Assembly: GCF_030684315.1 (NCBI RefSeq)
Contig: NC_081361.1
Span: forward strand, 41,337,045-41,401,044
Source: Stegostoma tigrinum
Taxonomy: Eukaryota
Length of the DNA stretch: 64,000 nt
Direction: 5' to 3'
Every line of letters starts with the position of its first letter. The stretch's first letter is position 1. A model generated the notes under the pieces. It saw only the letters and a program-made list of their open reading frames with translations, was not told the origin of the DNA and made no database searches. The translations under genes and the position numbers were made by a program. Below, one piece after another: positions 36,629 to 49,339 of this stretch.

Positions 36629-36941
36629 ATAACGCTATTAGGAAGGTTACCAGTATTATTACAATAGGATTTGAGTACAGGAGTAGTGAAGTCTTGCTTC
36701 AATTGTATAGGAACTTGGCTCAACTACACCTAGACTACTGTGTGCAGTTTTGGTCTCCTTACCTCAGGAAAAATATTATTATCATATAGGGAGTTAAACG
36801 AAGGGTCAGCAGACTTGTTCCTTGGATTGTGGAAATGTCCTCCGAAGAGAGATTAGGTAAATTGGGCCTGTATTCTATAAAGTTTTGATCTCATAGAAAC
36901 CTACAAGTTCTGTAAAGGGATAAACAGCATAAACAGTAGGA

Positions 36942-37105
36942 AGCAGAAATAAATTGCTGGCAAAATTTAGTTCTGATGAAGAGTCATCGGACTTGCTTGA
37001 AATGTTAACTCTGCTTTCTCCCCACGATCCTTCCAGATCATGAGTGTCGTAAACCATTTCTGTTTTTATTTCAGATGTCCATCATTCACAGTTTTGTTTT
37101 GTTTT
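36942..37105 (+). mobile_element. Mini Penelope element (family 2) with hammerhead, inside a CR1 fragment
   Basis: GUU-CUGAUGA-A-GAGUC(AUCG)GACUU...GAAAUGUU-AAC at 36970-37009, plus a short inverted 5' piece. Confidence 0.7.
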
Positions 37106-37537
37106 AGTTGCAGGAAAGATGGTTCCCTTGGTTGGGGAGATTGGAACCAAGGGCACAATTTAAAAAGTGAGCAGAATTTTATTTAGAATTGAGATGAGAA
37201 TTTGTATTATTCAGAAAATTGTGCATCTTTGAAGATCTCTATCCTAGCTGTAGATGCTCAGTCTGAGTATGTTTTGATGTTTAATGTTTAACTGGGTATG
37301 TTTTTTTGGATAGATTTCTGATTACCAATGGCATAGAGGGTTATTGGGATAGTGTGGATATGTGTCCAGTCAACCATAGTGTAAGTGACTGATGGGATGA
37401 ATGGCCTACTCCTGCTCTTATGTTCATTTAAAAGGGATGAAATCTGCAGTCTTTCTGAATGGTTCTTTATTACACCAACTGCTATGTTGTCTCTTGAATT
37501 ATTGAATTTGTGACCCTTTTTTATGTGAAATTATTAA

Positions 37538-37975
<438 letters not shown>

Positions 37976-38707
37976 TAAAGTATATTTTTAAAAATTTAAT
38001 CAAATGCCTCTAATTGGTGAACAATTACTGACTTTGACATAATGTGATGCAGTTGAATTCTGATTTTGCTGGGCGGTGCTTTAACAGAAATTGTTGGAGC
38101 AATAATGGCCTAGAATTTCCAGTTAAATTAACAGCGTTTGACTTATGTGCACCAATATTCGTGTATAAATTGGCCACCAGTGTTTAATAAGGAAGAGCTG
38201 AATGGCAATGATCAGAGGTTACTGGTCAATATGTTCCACCCCTCTGTTGCCTTCCCAAAATACCTTCTCATTCTTAATCTCCAATTCAACTTCATTAAAA
38301 TGATGGATTTGCACTATATTTGCCAATTAATCTTGATATACAAAGTTAAGTCTGAAGACTCTTGTAGCACAGTAAAGATGTTCCTGTGTCTGAGCTACAA
38401 GGTTCTGGTTGAAGTCCCACTGCTCCAGACGGGTGTCATAACATGTTTGAACAGGTCGATTTAAAACTATCTACAATGTTGGCATACAATTAATAATATA
38501 ATTACTCTTACAAAAATGTGATAATTATGAATGACTAACAATCAGTCTCTTTTGCCAGAAAGTGAATAATTAAAAGTAGGGAGGTTTCATCTTCGAGGTT
38601 CTGAATTCTTGTAGACGATTTTAAAAATGTTAAATTTTTAAATGTTCTTTTTTTCTTACTTTTCCATTGTGTCTCTTGTTTCTCCTTTAAAGCACACTTT
38701 TATTTTT

Positions 38708-39291
38708 GGGCAGAACTTTATAGGATCGCACTGGCGATTTTGCAGAGGCTATGTCTGTAAAACTCGCCAGGGAACATGTCCAGGGCATGTGACTGATCTA
38801 CCACTGCTCACCTCAATGGAGATCCTTAAGTGGCCTACCATTAGCCACTTGCTGCTAAATTTTGAAAAGGAGTTAGTTCAAGGGCAGGAGAATCCTGGCA
38901 TGTCACCTTGCTCGGGCTTTGGGGCAGGAAGATGGAGTGCCTCCCACAAAACTCCCCTCTCCACGTTGGCCATCCATCCCCAAGATCTGTTCCAGCATTG
39001 CTTCCTCTTTTACCTGGAATATCCATCTGGAACCACACCCCAGGCCTAACTCACTCCCCCGTTGTAAGACTTCCTTGATTTAGATTCCGGGAACAACACA
39101 TAGTCCCAGTCCTGGCCACCACTGTCACTGGCACTACTTAAGTTACGGAATGAATCTAATGGCACTCTGAGTTGGGACTTCAGCCTGAGTGAAGAACAGA
39201 TGCCCATACTCAAGCAAAAGGCCCATCTCCAGCCCATTAATGCTGTTTGTAGTGGTGAGTGGGAAAATTTGCCATCTGAAAAATCCTGTCC
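38708..39291. mobile_element. Possible non-autonomous Harbinger-like DNA transposon
   Basis: Imperfect TIRs GGGCAGAACTTT / AAAATCCTGTCC around a GC-richer interior; the same terminus motif GGGCAGAATTTT occurs at 63393. Confidence 0.35.
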
Positions 39292-40382
39292 TTTTATTTC
39301 TCTTTCTGAACTTGATTTAATATTGAATTCACCCTCTTTAATTCCTCCTCTGTCTCAATTCCTTCTTTGTTTATTTCTTTTTCCTAAATCTCTTTGGTTA
39401 ATGAATGAGATGTTAATTCTATCATTCATCAATGTCTGATATGTTATCATTAGCTCAGACTTGCAATGACTGAGCAGAAATTATTTTGAGCTGAAGGATG
39501 CAGAGACAAATCTTACAGAACACATCTTGGGCTGTTTTATGAAGAAAGGTGAGAAGGATAAGGCTTATGTTGAGTGGAGATTAGCAGAGTAACCAAGCAA
39601 CTTGATTGAAATATATAAGATCCTGAGGGATCTTGACAGAGTAAATATGGAGGGGATGTTTCTTCTTATGAAAGAATTTAGAACTATGGTTCACTCTCTT
39701 AAAATAAGAGATTGCCCATTTAAAACAAAAATGAAACTTTTTTTTCTCAGGCAGTTACAAGTCTTCGGGACTCTCGTCCTCATTATTAGCCTCCCCAGTT
39801 TTAAATACTACACTGTTTGGTGACTGCACATTCAGTAGGCTCAGCCAGAGCTTCTGCACTTCCCACTGTTCACCTCTCTATCTTGTCCTTCTCCTCTGAA
39901 TTACTGTTTAAAACCTACCTCTTTGATCAAACTTTTGGTCAACTATCATGATATTTCCTTACATAGCTCAGCGACAAATCCTGTTTGATAATTGCTTCAT
40001 GATATTACTTTTGATACATAAATGCAAGTTGTTGCTTGTGGGCCTCCCCCCACAGACACACACATACATCTTCTGTTCTTTAGTCAAAGTCTACAAAATC
40101 TCCAGTGTGATTGGTACTAGAATTGGTAATATTGGATTCTTAGAAAAATCAATGCATTAAATAGGTGTTGTTCGTGAAATAGAGTCGGAAGGTACAATTT
40201 CATGCATGCTTTCTCCTGTTTTGTGGTCAGTCCTGTGCCCAGTAGTGAATTGAAGTGAAAATAAATTTGGTATTGTATACCTCTCAGAAAATGGCAAAAT
40301 GGGAGCATTGGAGCAGCTTTGAGATTTTGACAAAATGTGTGGGAAATGACTTAGATAAGGGAAAAATATATTTATTAAATAA

Positions 40383-40802
<420 letters not shown>

Positions 40803-42481
40803 TAACCAAGTTTCAATAAAAGAAAGTATAAGTTGAAATTGTTCTGAAAAAGCATCTACTTCAAAAATGACAGCTTTTTCAGATTTTCCTTGTGTTTACC
40901 AATTTCATTAATAAATCTAATTAAGTTCAGAATTATTCCCTATTGGAAGTTGTAGTCTTTGACTGTGAAATATCATGACTTTTTTTTTGTTCAATAATTA
41001 ACCATTCTTTAAGACCTAATTGACCATTTGTAATATGTGGTCTAATGTCAAACAAGCACAATATGTTTCTAACATAGTTCTACAGCCAACTAAGTACTTT
41101 TTGGACTGTCACTGTTATAATGCAAGAAATGCAGCAGCCCATAATCAGTCAGAAAACTGTCATAATGACAATGTCATAATGAACAGATAATCTGTCTTTT
41201 TTGTGCTGCTGAATGAGTTGAATATTAACCATTACAAAAGGGATAACTCTCTTGCTTTCCTTGATTATACTGCTTCAGAATCTTTCATATTCACCAAAAC
41301 AGGCTGATGGACTGTCAGGCTGAAGGATCCAAAAAAAATAGACACTTGGTCTCCTAGATTAGTGTAATTAAATAACACACTATACAATACATTTACAACA
41401 GGCGTTAGTGTAAAAATAAACTAGGAGGAATAGGCAGGATAGTACACCTTTCGATACCAGAGTAAATACTCAAATATTACTAAAAAGATAAAGGAAGTTA
41501 AAGTTTTTGTATTGCCTCTGACATAAGAAACCAAATTCAGAAAGGTAACATCAATTTACATACATGAGAATAGGAGACTGATTAATTTGGCAGAGTCGGT
41601 GTGGAGATGCAGCAGGAACTGCTAATTATTAATTCTAGTTTGCTGATTAGACTTAGAGCAGGTAGACTATGATTGGTCACAGTATTGCTATGGAGAATGC
41701 AGCAGGAACTGGCAGTCACCATAATCCTTCCCTCAATGATAAGGTACTATGTATGAACAAATTCTCTTGGCCTGCAAAGAACAGGGTGCCGTGCATAGAT
41801 ATATGTACATTCTAGCACACACAATTGAAGCTTACTGGAAGCCTGACTAATAATCTTAAATTGATTTCCAGTGTAATTCTTAGCACACTCAAGATTATTT
41901 AGTCAGTGTTGTCCAATAATGATCTGACCACAGTGTAAGCTTGGTGCTGAAATAGTGTACATCAAAACTATCCTGCATGATAATGGTTATCCTGATTAAA
42001 TAATTGTTTGATATAATGCAAAGTCAAAATAGTTAAAATGCTGCCTTTTTCAGCCCTGGAAGGTATCCAGTCTGGCTCAAATCACCCTGAGAAGAGAAGG
42101 TGCCTCAAAGATTTGAGAGGTGAAGTTAGCTGTCTTAAGCATACTATTTTGCTAGAGGATATCTGCAAATGTAATGTCCCATTAGTGCAATGCAGATCTG
42201 GCAGTCTGGAATCCAAAAATCCCTACATGTATGTTTCAACAAAATCTTCAGGATTCCTCTCTGGCTCACTGGGCTGATAGAACTATGGTCAGTATTACAG
42301 TTGTGGGAATAGGTTTAGTGTGTGATGGGTGAAGAATGGGATATCTGGCCTCCTGCTCAGTTGAGTGCCACAGGCCTATGCAAAGTTATGATCTTGCTTA
42401 CTTGTCCCATGCTAATTGGGTTGCCACTATCATTGCAAACTCTGTCAACAAAGGAGGAAGCTAGGTCTTGGAGGGGGTATC

Positions 42482-45454
42482 AAGGATACATAAGAAACAA
42501 ACGAGAGGCAAAAGTAGACATTGGGCCGCTCCAAATTGATGCTGAAAAGGCTTGTGATGGGAGATAAGGAAGTAGCTGAAGAACTTAACAAGTACTTTGC
42601 ATCAGTCTTCACAGTGGAAGACATGAGTAATATCCCAACAATTAAGGAGACTCCGGGGCAGAGTTGGGTATAGTAGGCATTACAAAAGAGAAAGTGCTAG
42701 AAAAACTAAAAGACCTAAAAACTGATTGATCTCCTGGCCCCGATGGGCTACATCCTAGAGTTCTGAGGAAGGTGGCTGAGGAAATAGTGGAGGCATTGGT
42801 TGTGATCTTTCAAAAGTCATTGGAGTCAGGAAAAGCCCCAGATGATTGGAAAATCGCTGTTGTAACCTCCTTGTTTAAGAAAGGATCAAGACAAAAGATG
42901 GAAAATTATAGGCCGATTAGCCTAACGTCGGTTGTTGATAAAATTCTAGAATCCATCGATAAGGCTGAGATTTCTAAATTCTTGGGAGCGCAGAGTCGGA
43001 TTAGAATAAATCAGCATGGATTTAGTAAGGGGAGGTCGTGCCTGATAAACCTGTTCGAATTCTTTGAAGAGGTAACAAGTAGGTTAGACAAGGTAAACCC
43101 AATGGATGTTATCTATCTAGACTTCCAAAAGGCCTTTGATAAGGTGCCTCACAGGAGGCTGCTGAGTAAGGTGAGGGTCCATGGTGTTCGAGGTGAGCTA
43201 CTGGCATAGATTGAGGATTGGCTGTCTGACAGAAGGCAGAGAGTTGGGATAAAAGGCTCTTTTTTGGAATGGCGACTGGTGACAAGTGGTGTCCCACAGG
43301 GCTCAGTGTTGGGGCTGCAGTTGTTCACTTTATATATTAATGATCTGGATGAAGGGACTGGGGGAATTCTGGTGAATTTTGCCAATGATACGAAGTTAGG
43401 TGGACAGGCAGGTAGTACTGAGGATGTAAGGAGGCTGCAGAAAAATTCAGACAGTTTAGGAGAGTGGTTCAGGAAATGGCTGATGAAATTCAACGTATAT
43501 GGATTTCAGCAAGGCGTCCGATAAGGTTCCCCACAGTAGGCTATTGTACAAAATGCGGAGGAATGGAATTGTGGGAGATATAGCAGTTTGGATCGGAAAT
43601 TGGCTTGCTGAAAGAAGACAGAGGGTGGTAGTTGATGGGAAATGTTCATCCTGGAGACCAGTTACTAGTGGTGTACCCCAAAGGTCGGTGTTGGGTCCAC
43701 TGCTGTTTGCCATTTTTATAAATGACCTGGATGAGGGCGTAGAAGGATGGGTTAGTAAATTTGCAGACGACACTAAGGTCGGTGGAGTTGTGGATAGTGA
43801 CGAAGGATGCTGTAGGTTGCAGAGAGACATAGATAAGCTGCAGAGCTGGGCTGAGAGGTGGCAAATGGAGTTTAATGCAGACAAGTGTGAGGTGATGCAC
43901 TTTGGTAGGAGTAACCGGAAGGCAAAGTACAGGGCTAATGGTAAGATTCTTAGCAGAGAGATCTTGGTGTCCATGTACACAGATCCTTGAAAGTTGCCAC
44001 CCAGGTTGACAGGGCTGTTAAGAAGACCATACAGTGTTTTAGCTTTTATTAATAGAGGATTCGAGTTCCGGAACCAAGAGGTTATGGTGAAGCTGTACAA
44101 AACTCTGGTGCGGCCGCACTTGGAGTATTGTGTACAGTTCTGGTCACCGCATTATAAGAAGGATGTGGAAGCTTTGGAAAGGGTGCAGAGGAGATTTACT
44201 AGGATGTTGCCTGGTATGGAGGGAAGGTGAAACGAGGAAAGGCTGAGGGACTTGAGGCTTTAGAGAGAATAAGGTTGAGAGGTGACTTAATTGAAACATA
44301 TAAAATAATCAGAGGGTTAGATAGGGTGGAGAGGGAGAGCCTGTTTCCTAGGATGGTGACGGCGAGCACGAGGGGGCATAGCTTTAAATTGAGGGGTGAA
44401 AGATGTAGGACAGATGTCAGAGGTAGTTTCTTTACTCAGAGAGTAGTAAGGGATTGGAACGCTTTGCTTGCAACGGTAGTAGATTCGCCAACTTTAGGTA
44501 CATTTAAGTCGTCATTGGATAAGCATATGGATGTACATGGAATAGTGTAGGTTAGATGGGCTTGAGATCGGTATGACAGGTCAGCACAACATCGAGGGCT
44601 AAAGGGCCTGTACTGTGCTGTAATGTTCTATGTTCTATGTGAGCAAATGCGAGGTCTTGCACTTTGGAAAAATGAATTCAGGCATGGACTATTTTATAAA
44701 TGGTGAGAAAATTCATAAAGCCGAAGTACAAAGGGATCTGGGAGTGCTAGTCCACAATTCTGTAAAGGTTAACTTGCAGGTTGCGTCCATGATTAAGTTT
44801 GCGAATGTAATGTTGTCATTTATCTCAAGAGGGTTGGAATTTAAAAGCAGCGATATGCTTCTGAGACTTTATAAACTCTAGTTAGGCCATATTTAGAATA
44901 CTGTGTCCTATTTTGGGCCCCACACCTCAGGAAGGACACACTGGCATTGGAGCGTGTCCGGCGGAGATTCACACGGATGATCCCTGGAATGGTAGCTTTA
45001 ATGTATGATGAACGGCTGAGGATCCTGGGATTGTATTCGTTAGAGTTTAGAAGGTTGAGGGGAGATCGAATAGAAACTTACAAGATAATGCATGGCTTAG
45101 AAAGGGTGGAAGCTGGGAAGTTGTTTCCATTAGGTGGGGAGACTAGGACCTGTGGGCACAGCCTTAGAATTAGAGGGGGTAAATTTGAATGGAAATGAGG
45201 AGACATTTCTTCAGCCAGAGAGTGGTGGGCCTGTCGAATTCACTGCCACGGAGCGCAGTGGAGGCCAGGACGTTAAATGTCTTCAAGGCAGAGATTGAGA
45301 AATTCTTGATCTCGCAAGGAATTAAGGGCTACGGGGAGAGTGCGGGTAAGTGGAGTTGAAATGCCCATTGGCCATGATTGAATGGTGGAGTGGACTCGAT
45401 AGGCCGAGTGGCCTTACTTCCACTTATGGAAGTATGGCGTCTTATGGTCTTATG
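42482..45454 (+). mobile_element. CR1 LINE (host; 42482-43496 and 44641-45454) in CDCP2 intron
   Basis: NYRPISLTSVV, YLDFQKAFDKVPH, VTSGVPQGSVLG and FANDTKLGG motifs; the frame resumes after the insert (MKFNV|SKCEVLHFG). (TATGGTCT)n tail. Confidence 0.92.
43497..44640 (+). mobile_element. Younger CR1 (second family) nested in the host CR1
   Basis: MDFSKASDKVPH...FADDTKVGG...LVRPHLEYCVQFWSP; (ATGTTCT)n tail. Confidence 0.92.
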
Positions 45455-45818
45455 GGTCCAGTAGAGTTAGATGAAATCCTGGTTTCACCACTTGAATCTG
45501 AGGAATTTAGAGACCATTTTAGGACAAATATCTGACTGCACCAATTTCTGATTTGTTACCCATAGGCTGACATCAGGAGTTCTTAAAAATGTTACATTTC
45601 CTGCCTTTAACATTCCCTTGACTTGGGGAGCACACAGCCTATCAACCAACATAACCAGCTTGAAAAACAATTCTTTCAAATTCACAGATTCACAACAAAT
45701 CACTGTCAATTCTAGGCAGAAGCCATTTTGTTTAGTAACTAACTTTACAAATACCCACTTATTTGCTGATCATATTTTTAAGGGTTAACATTGATATTTT
45801 GTGTCTCATTTTCCCCAG

Positions 45819-46172
45819 GTGAATGTCAGCAAGTATTCACAGCTATTAAAGGGAATTTCTCTAGCCCACGCTATCCAAATATTTACCCGAATAATATCAA
45901 CTGTCATTGGACAATCCAGCAACCTCTTGGTTACAGGATCAACGTTCACTTAAATGATTTTGAGCTGGAGGACAGAGACAGCCTGACAGATGCCTGTGAC
46001 TATGATTTTCTTGCGATCTTTGATGGAGAAAGTGAAACTGACACATTAATAGGGAAATGGTGTGGTCAGAACTCACCCTCTTCACTCCTGTCCAATGGGA
46101 ACAGACTTTTATTTGTGTTGTCTGCTGACAGGAATACAGCTTCTCGTGGCTTCCATGTATCATACGATGGTG
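45819..46172 (+). CDS. CDCP2: CDCP2 exon, CUB3
   Basis: cccag|GT...GGT G|gtaag, 354 nt. Reads ECQQVFTAIKGNFSSPRYPNIYPNNINCHWTI...CDYDFLAIFDG...WCG...RGFHVSYDG. Confidence 0.96.
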
Positions 46173-46646
46173 GTAAGTGGAGGGTTGATTGTGGCAAGCA
46201 GCCACTAAATGCTTGGATATGGGTGGTAATTTATCCAAAGGGATATCAAATGGACAAAGGAAGCATGATGGTGGGAATGAAAGTTTCAGTTATTGACATC
46301 CTTCAGTTAGGATGACATACCGTCCCTAAGTTAGAAAGAAAACTTTGGGTTCAAGTTCCACTTCTGAGACTTGAGTACAAAATTTAAGGCTAGCACTCTA
46401 TTGTGACATGTGAAAATCCATAATTTAGTGGCTCCACTATCTGCTGTTCCAATCTAAGCACTAGCATCATCAACATTGATAACTTGGAGCAGGCCATTTA
46501 CCAACTAAATGACCAACCGAGTATCACACTAGGAAGTGTATTTACCCACTGAGTCAACAGGTGCTGTGTGGTACAGCATTCTGTGTAATCGATGCAGCCA
46601 GAATTATTGACATTTAACTGTGCTTTATTTCTTTTACTTGTTTCAG

Positions 46647-46825
46647 TCATTCCAATGAACATCAGCTGCACAAGAACAGATTTCCAGATTCAGATTGCTG
46701 CACATGCTGTTCCGTCACTCAGTCGAAGCAACATTTATCTAGGAAACCAAGACTGTACTGCTCAGGTTTTTGGCTCTGTGTACAAAATTATCTCACGATT
46801 TGATGCATGTGGAACAAAGACCCAG
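46647..46825 (+). CDS. CDCP2: CDCP2 exon, first half of ZP-N-like domain
   Basis: ttcag|TC...CAG|gtaat. Reads (V)IPMNISCTRTDFQIQIAAHAVPSLSRSNIYLGNQDCTAQVFGSVYKIISRFDACGTKTQ. Confidence 0.92.
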
Positions 46826-47029
46826 GTAATTGGACGTCAGTCATGTCCTTTCACTAGAAAATCTAGTTGACCAACAAGACTTAAAAAGACCAAAAAACAA
46901 TGGGTGAAATTTTCTCTTCTGAGGCTTAATATCATGGCAGGCCCAAAAAACAGGAGGTTTTTCTACTTAGGAATGGGTTAAGTTTTCTTGTGCAATTACA
47001 TTCCTTAAAGCTTTTGTCATGTACGTGAG

Positions 47030-48850
47030 AAGACAAGAAATAGAAGCAGGAGTAGGCATTTCAGCCTGTCAAGCTTGACCCACCATTCAAGATCATGGTT
47101 GATCTGTCCCAGGCCTTAACTCCTCTTTACTGTAAACTTATCAGGGCCCTTAACTGCCTGATATTTTCAAAACTCTGTCTTCCTTCTCTTCACATAGTTA
47201 CAGTGATCTAGACTCCACAGATCAGAATTCCCTCCTCAAGAAATTTCTTTGCATCTCAGTTTTAAATTAGTATCTCCTTATTCTATCATTATGTTCTCCA
47301 GTATAAGATACCCTCACTGCTGGAAACACATTTTTTCAATATCTATCTTGTTAAGCTGTCAAGAATCTTTTATGTTTCAGTAATATCACCTCTCAATCTT
47401 TTAAATTCCAATAAATAAAAGTTTAACCCACTTAGCCAGACTTGACAAGTCAACCCCTTCATCACAGGAATCAGCCTAGTGAATCTTTATGAACTGCCCC
47501 CAGTACTGATATATGGGGAACAAACTGTACACAGCACTCCAGGGTGCAGCCTCACCAACACACTGTACAGTTGTAATACGACTTCTCTATTTTAAACTCC
47601 ACACCTTTAGCAATAAAGGGTAAAATTCCATTCGTCTTCTTAATTACTTGCTGTACCTGCACGCTAAGGTTTTGTGTTTCATGTCAAGAACACCCAGATT
47701 TTTCTGTGATGCACACTTTTGGAGTCTATCTCCATTCCCATTTCTGGTTGCAGCAGCAGCGGGAGCTTGGAGCAGGAGCCTGTCGGGAAGCCAGTGAGTC
47801 ACGGTTTTTGAAAATCGGTGTCCATGTACACAGATCCGTGAAAGTTGCCACCCAGGTTGACAGGGCTATTAAGAAGGCATACAGTGTTTTAGCTTTTATT
47901 AATAGAGGATTCGAGTTCCGGAACCAAGAGGTTATGGTGAAGCTGTACAAAACTCTGGTGCGGCCGCACTTGAAGTATTGTGTACAGTTCTGGTCACCGC
48001 ATTATAAGAAGGATGTGGAAGCTTTGGAAAGGGTGCAGTGGAGATTTACTAGGATGTTGCCTGGTATGGAGGGAAGGTCATACAAGGAAAGGCTGAGGGG
48101 CTTGAGGCTGTTTTCATTAGAGAGAAGAAGGTTGAGAGGTGACTTAATTGAAACATATAAAATAATCAGAGGGTTAGATAGGGTGGATAGGGAGAGCCTT
48201 TTTCCTAGGATGGTGACGGCGAGCATGAGGGGGCATAGCTTTAAATTGAGGGGTGAAAGATATAGGACAGATGTCAGAGGTAATTTCTTTACTCAGAGAG
48301 TAGTAAGGGAATGGAACGCTTTTCCTGCAACGATAGTAGATTCGCCAACTTTAGGTATATTTAAGTCGTCATTGGACAAGCATATGGACGTACATGGAAT
48401 AGTGTAGGACAAGATGGGCTTGAGATCGGTATGACAGGTCGGCACAACATCGAGGGCCGAAGGGCCTATACTGTGCTGTAATGTTCTATGTTCTATGTAA
48501 GTAATAGTCTGCCTTTTGATCTTTCTGTCAAAATGCATGACCTCACACCTTTCTCCTCTAAACTCCATCTGCCAAGTTTTTTTTACCAGTCATTAAACAT
48601 ATAAATTCCTCATGTCTCCATCATAAAATGCCCTGTCAGCTATTTTGTTTCATCATCAAATTTAGATTCATTAGACTCTTTCCCTCCTCTGTCATTAATT
48701 TGTTAGTAATTAATTGAGGCCCTAGGGTTCATGCTGGTGGGACTATTTATGTTTTACCAACTTGAAAGACATGCATTAATCCTACCCCTGTTGCTTCTGT
48801 GTTAAACCAATCCCCAATCCATGCTAATACATTATACCTAATATATCACC
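47030..48850 (-). mobile_element. Old CR1 fragment interrupted by a younger CR1
   Basis: CR1 3' end at about 47030; minus-strand RT remnants resume after 48498 (MEFRGERCEVMHFD). Confidence 0.7.
47745..48498 (+). mobile_element. Young CR1 3' fragment (same family as 43497-44640) with an extra CpG-rich 5' segment
   Basis: Near-identical to 43966-44640, open frame to TAG 48407, (ATGTTCT)n tail. Confidence 0.9.
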
Positions 48851-49339
48851 TACATGTTTACCTGTGTCATCACACTTCAGCTCTGACGGGTAGATACAAG
48901 TTAAAGAGGTTCTCTGCTGCTGGTATTTATTGTCTATCACTGCTAACTTTCTCACACAGGTCCACTCTCCCTCTGTTGGGCCTCCCTCTCCACCATTTGT
49001 TTTATTTCCCATTGTCACTGCCCTTTTCGTGTAGGTCTACTGGCTGCTGTTTGAGAAGTGCTGATCCCAATCTGTTTCTCATTCTTTATGTAGTTGTTCT
49101 CCCCACTCTGTCTCGTGCTATTTATGAAGCTACTGTTCAGGTTCTTGTATACTATTTCAGAAGCACGTGGTCCTCTTTTGTCTCATTTCAACTCTTTGTT
49201 AAAACACCGAATTTTATTGGTGGACAGCCAAGAAATTCTGCCTTTCTGTTGGGACTTTCCAAGATCCAACTTTCATATACTATATTTGATAGGCAACTTG
49301 ACCATTGTTGGGGCTTGCATTCTGGATCCCACCCAATAA

